Source: Candidatus Tectimicrobiota bacterium (GTDB taxonomy: Bacteria; JACPUC01). Taken from it: a DNA stretch of 64,000 nt. The notes under the pieces are model-generated. The model did no database searches. It was not told the DNA's origin and worked only from the letters and a program-made list of their open reading frames with translations. Each line of letters starts with the position of its first letter. Positions within the stretch are counted from its first letter, which is position 1. Shown one piece after another: positions 47,207-56,055 of the stretch. The position numbers and the translations under genes were made by a program. Location of the stretch: assembly GCA_016192455.1 (NCBI GenBank), contig JACPUC010000002.1:1-64000 (forward strand). The letters are read 5' to 3'.

Positions 47207-48238
47207 TCAGGCTTCCTTCCAGTGCTTCAGCAGGCCGGTCAGGCGCTCGTAGCTCGTACACGTATCCGCGAAGACGAACTCGCCCTTCGATACCGTGATG
47301 CCGCTGCCGCCGGCAGCCCGCAGGTGGGCGATGGCGCGGTCGACAAGCGCCCTCTTCACCACCACGCTGACGGCGTACCAATCGCGCTCGTGGCGCTCCT
47401 TGGCGTAGACCTTGGCGATGGTGGGCCCCTTCATGCCGGCGAGCTCGAGGTCGCCGATGAGGTGGTCGGCCACCGCTTCCTCGGAGGCGCCCCGCAGGTT
47501 CGCCGTGATGCTGTAGTACTCCTGGGCGCGGCGCCGGCTCTCGAACGCCTCCAAGAGGTAGCGCGTCTGACGCAGCTTGGCGCGGCTGGCGTGCAGGGCG
47601 TGGAGGTTGCCGATCAGGCACGCCTCGGAGCGCAGGATGGTGCCGTTCTGGATGGTCTTCAGGCGGTTGTCGCGCAGGGTGACGCCGGAGGTCGTCAGGT
47701 CGGAGATGATGTCGGCGAACCCCATCGCCGGCGCCAGCTCAATGGCGCCGTGCGACTCGACGAGCGAGAAGTAGTGGATGCCATGATCGTGCAGGAATTG
47801 CCAGGTGAGGCTGGGGAACTTCGTGGCGACGCGCAGCTCGCCGCCGCGCTCCTTGAAGAGGGTGGCCAGGTCGGCGAGGTCGCCGAGGCTCTGCGCGTCC
47901 ACCCAGCTCTCCGGCACCGCCAGCACCAGCGCGCAGCGCCCATAGCCGAGGTTCTCCATGAGCACCGCCAGGCGATCGGTCTCGCGCTTGTACTCCATGA
48001 GCAGGTCGTAGCCGGCGATGCCGAGGTCGGCGATCTCCTCCTCAACCTTGGAGGGGATGTCATCGGTGCGCTGGAAGATGACCTTCATGTCAGGCTGACC
48101 CGCCACCCCCGCCTCGTACTCGCGCGGGTTCAGCCGCTCGACCCGCAGGTTGCACTCCGCCATGAAGGCAAGGGTGGGATCCTCGAGGTTCCCCTTGCTC
48201 GGGAGCGCGATGGTCAAACGTTGCCCGTTGTCGCGCAT
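47207..48238 (-). CDS. hisG: ATP phosphoribosyltransferase, long form
   Basis: IALPSKG, DLGIAGYD, RVATKF, GAIELAP, DLTTSGVTLRDNRL, plus C-terminal regulatory domain (GMKGPTI...GGSGI). Confidence 0.92.
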   Translation of the reverse strand: MRDNGQRLTIALPSKGNLEDPTLAFMAECNLRVERLNPREYEAGVAGQPDMKVIFQRTDDIPSKVEEEIADLGIAGYDLLMEYKRETDRLAVLMENLGYGRCALVLAVPESWVDAQSLGDLADLATLFKERGGELRVATKFPSLTWQFLHDHGIHYFSLVESHGAIELAPAMGFADIISDLTTSGVTLRDNRLKTIQNGTILRSEACLIGNLHALHASRAKLRQTRYLLEAFESRRRAQEYYSITANLRGASEEAVADHLIGDLELAGMKGPTIAKVYAKERHERDWYAVSVVVKRALVDRAIAHLRAAGGSGITVSKGEFVFADTCTSYERLTGLLKHWKEA

Positions 48239-48248
48239 GGCCCAGCCC

Positions 48249-49793
48249 TCACCCTGCTTGCCGCGCGGCGAGAATGGTTGCGGCGAGGCGCCCCAGCTCG
48301 GCCAGCGGCTCGCTGCGCTCCTCGCGCGTGCGCATGTTGCGCAGCCGCACCGTCGCGGCGCGCAGCTCATCCTCGCCGACGATGCAGGCGAACGGCACGC
48401 CGCTCTTGTTGGCGTAGCTGAGGCTCGATTTCAACGTGCGCTCCTTGATCTCCAGCTCCACCCGCAGGCCCGACCCCCGCAGCAGCTCGGCGAGGCGCGC
48501 GGCTTCCCCGCCGACGGCGCGGCCGATGGGGATGACGAGGAGATCGGGGCCCTCGCTGCGCGCCAGCGGCAGCTCCTCCGCTTCCAGCGCCAGGAGGAGA
48601 CGCTCCAGCCCAAAGGAGAAGCCGCACGCGGGCACCGCCTCATCGCCGCCCAGCACCGCCACCAGGTCGTCGTAGCGCCCGCCGCCGCAGAGCTCATCCT
48701 CGCGCCCCAGGGCTTCGTGCTGAATTTCAAAGATGACCCCCGTGTAGTACTGGATGCCGCGGCCGAAGCTCAGGTCGATGCTGAGCTGCTCCTCCGGCAC
48801 CTCATAGGCCCGCAGGGTTTCGACGAGACGCTGCAGGTCCTCCAACGGCTGCTGCGGCAGGGCGAACTTCTCCAGCAGCTTGCCGATGTCGGTGAAGACC
48901 TCCGGCGGTTGTCCTTTGATGAGGGCGAGCTCGGCCAGGAAATCCACCGCCCGCTGCACCTGCGCCTGGTGCTCCTCGTGGCGCATCTTGCCGAGGAGTC
49001 GGGCCGCCACCTGGCGGGCGTCGCGCGACTGCCGCGGCTGCACGTTCATCATCGCCAGCAGGCGCTCGATGAGCGCCGCCGCCTCCTCCGGCCGCGCCTC
49101 GAGGAGGGGGCGGAGGATGTCGTTGTGGGGTTCGGCGGGCGCCGCGCCGGCGGGGATGATCTCCAGGTCGTGCAGCGCCTGCTTGATCGACTCGATCCCC
49201 AGGTGCGGCTTGCCGAGGTTCTCCATGCTCTCGATGAAGAAACTGCGGGCCCGCTCGCTCAAACGCAGGTTGGTGAGCAGGGCCAGCATGACGCCGACGT
49301 GCCCCAGACGCACCGTCAGCCGCCGCAGCCCGAGGGCCTGCAACCCCTTGCAGGCCAGGGCGATGATCTCCGCATCAGCGGCGGGTCCGGCAGCGCCGAG
49401 GAGCTCCACGCCGATGTGGGTGAACTGGCGGTGGCGGCCCCGCTGCGGCTGTTCGTAACGGAAGGCCGGGCCACAGTACTGCAGGCGGACCGGGAGCGGC
49501 GCGTGGCGCAGGGCGTTGACGTAGACCCGCACCACCGACGCCGTCAGCTCCGGCCGCAGGCAGAGGCGCCGCCGGGCGAAGTCCTGGAAGGTGTAGAGCT
49601 TCGAGATGATGCCGCCGCCGGACTTGCGCAGGTGCAGCTCGGCGTGCTCGAGGATCGGCGGCTCCACGCCGCGGTAACCGTACGACGCAAAGAGGCGGCT
49701 GAGCTGCTCGCGCACCGCGACGTGCTGGGCGTAGCTCTCCGGCAGCAGGTCCAGAGTTCCCTTCACGCGTTCGATGGGACGTTGTCGGTCCAT
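48249..49793 (-). CDS. hisZ: HisZ / HisS paralogue (ATP-PRT regulatory subunit-like) that retains an anticodon-binding domain
   Basis: KGTLDLLP, LRPELTASV, FRYEQPQRGRHRQFTH, YYTG, GGGRYD, GFSFGLERL; directly upstream of hisG. Confidence 0.7.
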   Translation of the reverse strand: MDRQRPIERVKGTLDLLPESYAQHVAVREQLSRLFASYGYRGVEPPILEHAELHLRKSGGGIISKLYTFQDFARRRLCLRPELTASVVRVYVNALRHAPLPVRLQYCGPAFRYEQPQRGRHRQFTHIGVELLGAAGPAADAEIIALACKGLQALGLRRLTVRLGHVGVMLALLTNLRLSERARSFFIESMENLGKPHLGIESIKQALHDLEIIPAGAAPAEPHNDILRPLLEARPEEAAALIERLLAMMNVQPRQSRDARQVAARLLGKMRHEEHQAQVQRAVDFLAELALIKGQPPEVFTDIGKLLEKFALPQQPLEDLQRLVETLRAYEVPEEQLSIDLSFGRGIQYYTGVIFEIQHEALGREDELCGGGRYDDLVAVLGGDEAVPACGFSFGLERLLLALEAEELPLARSEGPDLLVIPIGRAVGGEAARLAELLRGSGLRVELEIKERTLKSSLSYANKSGVPFACIVGEDELRAATVRLRNMRTREERSEPLAELGRLAATILAARQAG

Positions 49794-49851
49794 GCAGAGC
49801 GGCTCCGCGGTGTCTGCGTCGGCGTCTGAGGAAGGGCGTCGGCGAGGGGTG

Positions 49852-50361
49852 TCACGACTCCTCCGGCGGCGCCTCCTCAGCGAAACGGCGCGGCCCCAGC
49901 TTCAACACCAGCAAGGCGAGGCAGAGCGCCATGCCCAGCCCCGACTCGGGAAGTTGCAGGCGGGTCTTCAGGAGGGGGATGAGCTCTAGCAGGAGCTGCC
50001 GTTCAGCCGCCTCGCCGCCATCGAAAGGGTGCCGCGCCAGCAGGCTGCGCACGGCGCCCTGGACGGTGCCCCGCACGCGCGACCAGTAGTCCAGCCCAGT
50101 TTCCTGAAAATCGTCCTCATCCAGGTAGAGGTGCGCCGCCGTCTCGATGTTCCAGTGCCACTGGTAGCCGAGGGAGATGACCAGCCCAAGCTCGCGCGTG
50201 ATCCCGGCGCGAATCTCTTCGAACGCCCCGCCGTAGGGCGTCTCCGCCAGCCAGTCAGCGAAGCGCCGCAGTTCCTCCGGCCGCACCTGGGTGGTGGCGT
50301 AGGTCAGCCCGTAGCTCCTCGCCAGGTACTCCTCGTACTGCGCGCGCAGGGCCGGGTCCAC
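49852..50361 (-). CDS. Hypothetical protein
   Basis: 169-aa ORF with GAGGGAGGGAG RBS before GTG; first gene of the his run; no family recognised. Confidence 0.6.
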   Translation of the reverse strand: MDPALRAQYEEYLARSYGLTYATTQVRPEELRRFADWLAETPYGGAFEEIRAGITRELGLVISLGYQWHWNIETAAHLYLDEDDFQETGLDYWSRVRGTVQGAVRSLLARHPFDGGEAAERQLLLELIPLLKTRLQLPESGLGMALCLALLVLKLGPRRFAEEAPPEES

Positions 50362-50415
50362 AAGTGCCGCTCTCCCTCCCTCGTCTTCCGCGCCGCCGGT
50401 TGCAATTACCTTACG

Positions 50416-50444
50416 ATTATGATTCGTACCGTCGCAGAGGACAA
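50416..50444 (-). promoter_or_regulatory. Putative sigma70 promoter of the hypothetical-hisZ-hisG-hisS run
   Basis: Minus strand TTGTCC-N17-CATAAT. Confidence 0.4.
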
Positions 50445-50581
50445 GTCCCCGCCCGTCGGCGGAGGGCGCGCGGCGCTGGGGGGCAGCATTGCGGACAGCA
50501 CCGTCAGACGCTCAACCCCGGTCGTCCACGACCCGTGGGGCAGCCGAGGGCCTTGCGCCAGACCCGCTTCGGAGGCAGGAC

Positions 50582-51883
50582 GTGCGGTTCGAGCGTTTCA
50601 TCCTCGCCGGGCTGGTCTTCCTGTTGCCGGTCATGGCGCGCTGGCCGTTCAACCTCGTCCTCAACGCCACCCTGGCGCAGAAGATCGAACCGGTCGATCT
50701 CTTCTTCGCCCTCACGTTCCCAATCTGGCTGCTGCGGGCCTGCCGGTCGGACCGGCGCGCCGTCAGGTTGCCTCCGGGCTCGATCGTCCTGGCGGCATTC
50801 CTCTGCGGGGCCGCCCTCTCCGCGCTCCTGGCGCCCGACGTGGGCGCCGCGCTCCTCGAGGTGGCCGGCTTCCTCTACGTCGCGTTCTTCTACCTCTTCC
50901 TCTTCAACCTGCTGCGGCGGGAGGAGGAGCGACGCTTCGCCGTCGATGCGTTCCTCCTCAGCGCCTGCGCCGTGCTCCTCATCGGGGCGGCGGGGATCAT
51001 CGCCTATCGCGTCGCCGGGGTCGAGTCCTTCGCCATTGCGCGCGCCGCCACCTACGCGCAGCCCGTCGGCGAGGTCGTCACCCGGGCCCGCGCCACGTTC
51101 TCGGGGGAGAACCTCTTCTTCGTCTACGGCCTGCTGGCGGCGGCGCTGTCGCTGCCGCGCCTCGCCGGCGCCGGCGGTTGGGTGCGCGCGGCGGCCCGGG
51201 CGAACGTGGCGCTCATGGCGATCATCGCCGTCAGCGCACCCTATCGCGGCGCCTTCATCTTTTGGGGGCTTTGCACCATAGCCCTCTGGGACGCCGGGCG
51301 ACGGTGGTGGCGGAAGGCGCTCCTCGGCCTAACGGCGCTCCTCTTCCTCGCAACCCTCGGTCTCAGCATCGTGCAGGCGCGCGTCCAGCTCTTCCCCGCG
51401 CGGCTGGCAGCGGACCGCGACAGCGGGCAGATCAGTCTCACCCTTTCGAGACGCGACGCTTTCTACTACCTCCTGCACCGTGGGGCGGTGCGCATGTTCC
51501 TCGAGGCGCCGCTCCTGGGCGTCGGCCCTGGGAGGTTCAACGCGATGATCCGTCAGGAGCGCTACGGCGCCGCAGCCGGCCTGGGCGGCCTCGACCCGCA
51601 CAGCACCTACTTCGGCGCCCTGGCGGAGAGCGGCCTTGTGGGGGCGCTGCCGCTCTTCCTCTTCTACGCCGCGATCCTCGTCCTGCTCTTGCGGCTGGCT
51701 CGCCGCGCAGCCGCGCCGGGCGCCCCCTGGAGGATGCTGCTCGCCTGCTACGTCCTCCTCCTCGTCTATGCCGTCTACATTGACCTCACCACCATGCGCG
51801 TCCTCTGGTTCATCTATGCCCTCATCGCGGCGGCGGCACGGTTCGAGGGCGAGCCGTCTGGAGTGGAGCAGCCACCGGACTAA
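50582..51883 (+). CDS. O-antigen ligase/Wzy_C-family membrane protein
   Basis: Many TM segments, RARATF..EN, PLLGVGPG.F, DPHSTYF..LAESGLVG; start uncertain. Confidence 0.8.
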   Translation: MRFERFILAGLVFLLPVMARWPFNLVLNATLAQKIEPVDLFFALTFPIWLLRACRSDRRAVRLPPGSIVLAAFLCGAALSALLAPDVGAALLEVAGFLYVAFFYLFLFNLLRREEERRFAVDAFLLSACAVLLIGAAGIIAYRVAGVESFAIARAATYAQPVGEVVTRARATFSGENLFFVYGLLAAALSLPRLAGAGGWVRAAARANVALMAIIAVSAPYRGAFIFWGLCTIALWDAGRRWWRKALLGLTALLFLATLGLSIVQARVQLFPARLAADRDSGQISLTLSRRDAFYYLLHRGAVRMFLEAPLLGVGPGRFNAMIRQERYGAAAGLGGLDPHSTYFGALAESGLVGALPLFLFYAAILVLLLRLARRAAAPGAPWRMLLACYVLLLVYAVYIDLTTMRVLWFIYALIAAAARFEGEPSGVEQPPD

Positions 51884-51915
51884 GGACGCCGGAGGACCTG
51901 GAGCGCTTTCTTGGG

Positions 51916-54216
51916 CTAGTCGGACGCCCGCCCCTCCGCCACGAGGCGGGCCACCTTGGGGGGATGCAGGGGGATCTCGCGGATGCGAACGCCGAAGGGG
52001 CCCAGGGCGTCCTCGACGGCCGCGGCAAGCACTCCCAGCGCGGCGATCGTCCCCGCCTCGCCGGCGCCCTTGGTGCCGAGGGGGTTCCAGGGTGACGGCG
52101 TCTCCTGGTGCAGGGTCTCGACGCGGGGCACCTCCAGCGCCGCCGGCATGGGGTAGTCCATGAACGAGCCGACCAGCGCCTGGCCGTTTTCGTCGAAGTA
52201 CATCTCCTCGAAGAGCGCCTCGCCGATGCCGTGCGCCACGCCGCCCTGCACCTGCCCCTCGACGATGAGCGGGTTGAGCACCGTGCCGCAGTCGTGCACG
52301 GTGGCGTAGCGCAGCACCCGCACGTGCCCCGTCTGCGGGTCCACCTCGACGATCGCGGCGGTCGAGCTGCTTGCCCAGGACTCGGCGGCCCCCTCGAAGC
52401 GCTCCGTTGCCTCGAGGCGACGATCAGCCCGGCGGGCGATGGCGGCGAGGTCTTGCAGGCTGACGCCGCGGGCGCTGCTGCCGCGCACCGAGACGCCGCC
52501 GCCACCCACTTCGAGGTCCGCCGCGTCCACCTCCAGGTGCTCCGCCGCCAGCTCCTTGAGGCGCCGCAGGAGCGTCTGGGCGGCCATGAAGGTGGCGTTG
52601 GCGCCAAGGATGGCGACGCGGCTGCCGAAGGTGCCGACGCCGTCCGGCACCCCATCGGTGTCCCCCAGACCGACGCGGATGCCTTCGGGAGGCACGCCGA
52701 AGACATCCGCGACCACCTGCGCCAAGCTGGTGCCGATCCCCTGCCCCTGGGAGGGTGAGCCGCAGTGCAGACGCAGGCCGCCGGCGTCGTCGAGCTCGAC
52801 GCGGGAGGTCTCCGACAGGCCGGCGCCCGTCGGCTCGACGCACATCGTCATGCCGAGGCCGCGGTAAACGGCGCCCTGCCGCAGGCGCGCCTGCTCGGCG
52901 CGGAACGCCGGCACGTCGAGGTGGCGGCGCAGCGTGTCGAGGAGCGCCGGGTAGTTGCCGCTGTCGTAGCGGATGGGGGCGCCGGCGACCGTCTTCAGGC
53001 CGGTGTCGTAGGGGAACTCGTGGGGTTGGATAAGGTTGCGCGCGCGCACCTCGAGCGGGTCGAGACCGAGCTCGGCGGCCGCGAAGTCGAGGAGGCGCTC
53101 GATGACGAAGTTCGCCTGCGGACGGCCCGCGCCGCGCACCGGACAGAGCGGCACCCGCGTGGTGTAGACGTGCGTGCCCTGAATGTCATAGGCCGGGATG
53201 TGGTAGCTGTTGAGGAGCGACATGGCGACGCGGTTCGGCGTCACCACGCTCATGGCGGCATAGGCCCCGGCTTCACTGAGGTAGTGGTCGCGCAAGCCGA
53301 GGAGAGTGCCGTCGCGGCGCACCGCAAGCTCCGCGTCGTGAAGCTGCAAGGTCTCCTGGAAGGTGCCGACGAAGTGCTCGTGGCGGTCCTCGACGAACTT
53401 CACGGCTCGCCGCAGGCGACGCGCCAGGTAGGGGACAAGGACATCCTCGGGGTAGAATCCCCCCTTGACGCCGAAGCCGCCCCCCACATCCGGGGCGATG
53501 ACGTGGATCTGCTCGACAGGCAGATCGAGCATGACGGCGAGCTTGGCGCGAAAACCGTGGGGCATCTGGGCGGAGGGCCAGACGGTGAGGCGCTGGCTGT
53601 CGGCATCGAAGGAGGCGACGAGGCCGCGCGTCTCCATCGGCATGCCGGAGGAGCACTTGATCCTGAAACGCTCGCGGATGACGAGGTCCGCCGCCGCGGC
53701 CGCCGCCGCGAAGTCCCCCCGCCGCTGCACCACGCGGGTGCAGAGGTTGGAGGGGTGGCGCTCATGGATGCGCGGCGTTGTCGGATCGAGCGCCTGCTCG
53801 AGGTCGATGACCGCCGGGAGCGGCTCGTACTCCACAACGATCTGCTCGACCGCGTCCTCGGCGAGGTAGCGCGACTCCGCCGCCACGCAGGCGATCGGTT
53901 CGCCGACGTAGCGCACCTTCTCTCGCGCCAGCGGCAGCAAGTTGGCGGGCTGCTCGACCGGGAAAGGAGTGAACATCGGCAGCTCGCGCGTGATCTCGGG
54001 GATGTCCTTGGCGCAGAGCGCCGCCGCCACGCCGGTGACGCGCCGCGCCGCCGCGACATCGACGCGCCGCAAGAGGGCGTGCGCGTGCGTGCTGCGCAGC
54101 ACCGCCAGGTGCAGCATGCCGTCGAAGGACAGGTCGGCCGCGTAGCAGCCCTGACCGGTGAGGAGCCGCGGGTCTTCCAGGCGTTTCAGGGCGGCGCCGA
54201 CGTAGCGCTGGGTCAT
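51916..54216 (-). CDS. Xanthine dehydrogenase-family molybdopterin-binding subunit (CoxL-like, not form I CODH)
   Basis: REKVRYVGEP, APDVGGGFGVKG, PVRGAGRP, QGQG..T, GTFGSR, QVQGG..HG, KGAGE; AAAGGAG RBS. Confidence 0.92.
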   Translation of the reverse strand: MTQRYVGAALKRLEDPRLLTGQGCYAADLSFDGMLHLAVLRSTHAHALLRRVDVAAARRVTGVAAALCAKDIPEITRELPMFTPFPVEQPANLLPLAREKVRYVGEPIACVAAESRYLAEDAVEQIVVEYEPLPAVIDLEQALDPTTPRIHERHPSNLCTRVVQRRGDFAAAAAAADLVIRERFRIKCSSGMPMETRGLVASFDADSQRLTVWPSAQMPHGFRAKLAVMLDLPVEQIHVIAPDVGGGFGVKGGFYPEDVLVPYLARRLRRAVKFVEDRHEHFVGTFQETLQLHDAELAVRRDGTLLGLRDHYLSEAGAYAAMSVVTPNRVAMSLLNSYHIPAYDIQGTHVYTTRVPLCPVRGAGRPQANFVIERLLDFAAAELGLDPLEVRARNLIQPHEFPYDTGLKTVAGAPIRYDSGNYPALLDTLRRHLDVPAFRAEQARLRQGAVYRGLGMTMCVEPTGAGLSETSRVELDDAGGLRLHCGSPSQGQGIGTSLAQVVADVFGVPPEGIRVGLGDTDGVPDGVGTFGSRVAILGANATFMAAQTLLRRLKELAAEHLEVDAADLEVGGGGVSVRGSSARGVSLQDLAAIARRADRRLEATERFEGAAESWASSSTAAIVEVDPQTGHVRVLRYATVHDCGTVLNPLIVEGQVQGGVAHGIGEALFEEMYFDENGQALVGSFMDYPMPAALEVPRVETLHQETPSPWNPLGTKGAGEAGTIAALGVLAAAVEDALGPFGVRIREIPLHPPKVARLVAEGRASD

Positions 54217-54376
54217 GCAGGTCTCCTTTCCGCGGTGCGTCGCGTGGCGGAGGAGCAGGCGCCGGCTGAGCCCCACGACGGGCTGCGTCGCCTCTCCCGT
54301 TGCTCGCGGGCGCTGCCGAAGGGGCGCGAGACCCCGCGGCAGCGTAGAGACTTGGCTTCCCCGCCGCGGCAGGGTG

Positions 54377-54405
54377 AGTATAGGGTTCGCGCCAGGGTCA
54401 ATCAA
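54377..54405 (-). promoter_or_regulatory. Putative sigma70 promoter of the Mo-subunit gene
   Basis: Minus strand TTGATT-N17-TATACT. Confidence 0.5.
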
Positions 54406-54472
54406 CCGCGCGCCTCTGCGCCGCGCCGGGGAGGGGGCGGGAAAGGCGGCCCCGCGGGGGGTGAGGGGGTGA

Positions 54473-54502
54473 TTGACAGCCTCGACGTGCGCGCCGTAAG
54501 AT
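54473..54502 (+). promoter_or_regulatory. Putative sigma70 promoter of the grdE-grdB unit
   Basis: TTGACA-N18-TAAGAT, back-to-back with the minus-strand promoter. Confidence 0.6.
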
Positions 54503-54621
54503 TGGGCAACTCAACGAGCTGCGGTTCCCGCCGAGCCCGCTGCCGGATGGCCCGTCCCGCCTCCGGGTGACGCGAAGGTTCGCTGCGCCGGCGGTCGCGC
54601 CACCTGCGGGGGTGCCCCTCC

Positions 54622-55920
54622 ATGAGACTTGAGCTGCTCGTCCACCGCATCCGCGATCTGCGCGCCGGTGCGCCGACGCGCCTGGGGGGGGGCGTGCTCA
54701 CGGTTGACACGGCGGCCTTGGGCGAGGCGCTGCGTGCGGCGGCGGGCATCGAGGTGCGCGTCGAGCTGGCGCGACCAGGCGAGTCGGTGCGCCTGAGCAA
54801 CGTGCTCGACCTGATCGAGCCGCGCTGCAAGGATGACGCCGGCGGCGCCTACTTCGCCGGCTTCCATGCCCCGCTCCAGGTGGCGGGGAGCGGCGGCACG
54901 CACGTGCTGGAGGGGCTTGCCGTCGTCGAGACGGGGGCGCTGCGCGGCCTCATCGGCGGCGTCATCGACCTCTCCGGGGCTGCGGCCAGGCTCACGCCGT
55001 TCGGCAGCCTGCATCACGTTGTCCTGGAGACGGCCCCCAGGGCGGGGATGGACAAGACCTCCTACGCCGCCGCCATCCGCCGCGCCGGCCTCGAAGCGGC
55101 TTGCCTTCTGGCCCGCGCCTGCCGCAGCGCCGCGCCGGACGAGCGGCGGACCTACGATCTCTCCCTCACCGCCGAGGGGTCCGCATCCTCGCTCCCCGCC
55201 GCCGGGGCCGACGGGGCGCCACGCCTGCCGCGCATCGCGTACGTGTGCATGCTCCATGCCCTCGGCGACACGCGGGAATCGTACCTCTACGGCCAGCGGG
55301 TGCGCGACTTCACCCCGACCCTGCTGCATCCCAACGAGGTCCTTGATGGGGCCGTGGTCTCGCACCACTACGATATCTCCCCCGGCATGAAGAACACCAC
55401 TTACACCTTCCAGAACCATCCGGTGATCCGCGACCTCTATGCCCGGCATGGCCGCGACCTCATCTTCGCCGGCGTGGTGGCGGCCAATCAGCCGGTGCGC
55501 CTGGAGGACAAGGAGTGTTCCGCCTTCATGACGGCGCGCCTCTCGGCCCACCTGCTGCGCGCCGACGGCGTCATCATCACCAAGGAGGGGGCAGGCGCGG
55601 GCGACTACGACCTCATGCGGCAGTGCCAGGCGCACGAGGCGATGGGGGTGAGGACGGTCCTCATTGATAACGAGCAGATCAACGCCAGCGGCATCGGCGA
55701 AATGCCGCTCATCGACGTGACCCCGTACGCCGAGGCGATGGTCAGCACCGGCAACGTCGAGGAGCTCGTCCACCTGCCGGAGGTTGCGCGGGTGCTCGGG
55801 GGCGACACGATGGTGAACGTGCCGGGCTCGCTGCGCGGGCCGCTACGCCTGGAGTCGATCGTCATCCCCGGCGCCAACAGCACGCTCGGCCTTACGTCCA
55901 TGGCGACCGCCCACGTCTAG
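54622..55920 (+). CDS. grdE: Glycine/sarcosine/betaine reductase component B accessory subunit (GrdE/GrdI-like)
   Basis: MRLEL, LARPGESVR..NVLDLIEPRCK, G.THVL, LPRIAYV, PTLLHPNEVLDGAVVS, KNTTYTFQNHP, ADGVIITKEG, MVSTGN. Confidence 0.85.
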   Translation: MRLELLVHRIRDLRAGAPTRLGGGVLTVDTAALGEALRAAAGIEVRVELARPGESVRLSNVLDLIEPRCKDDAGGAYFAGFHAPLQVAGSGGTHVLEGLAVVETGALRGLIGGVIDLSGAAARLTPFGSLHHVVLETAPRAGMDKTSYAAAIRRAGLEAACLLARACRSAAPDERRTYDLSLTAEGSASSLPAAGADGAPRLPRIAYVCMLHALGDTRESYLYGQRVRDFTPTLLHPNEVLDGAVVSHHYDISPGMKNTTYTFQNHPVIRDLYARHGRDLIFAGVVAANQPVRLEDKECSAFMTARLSAHLLRADGVIITKEGAGAGDYDLMRQCQAHEAMGVRTVLIDNEQINASGIGEMPLIDVTPYAEAMVSTGNVEELVHLPEVARVLGGDTMVNVPGSLRGPLRLESIVIPGANSTLGLTSMATAHV

Positions 55921-56055
55921 GCCGCGGAGCGGCCCGACGCAGCCCGGCGGCCGGGGGGGGCCGCGGTGGGCGCGATGGATGGCCGCAACCTCCTCCGCCA
56001 TGCGTCGTGTTTCTCCTCCGCGTGCGAGGGGAGCGAGTGCTCTGAAGGGGCTGGT

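Noticed and set aside
51916-54216. Aerobic CO dehydrogenase (form I CoxL)
   Set aside because: Lacks the AYxCSFR motif and adjacent coxM/coxS genes
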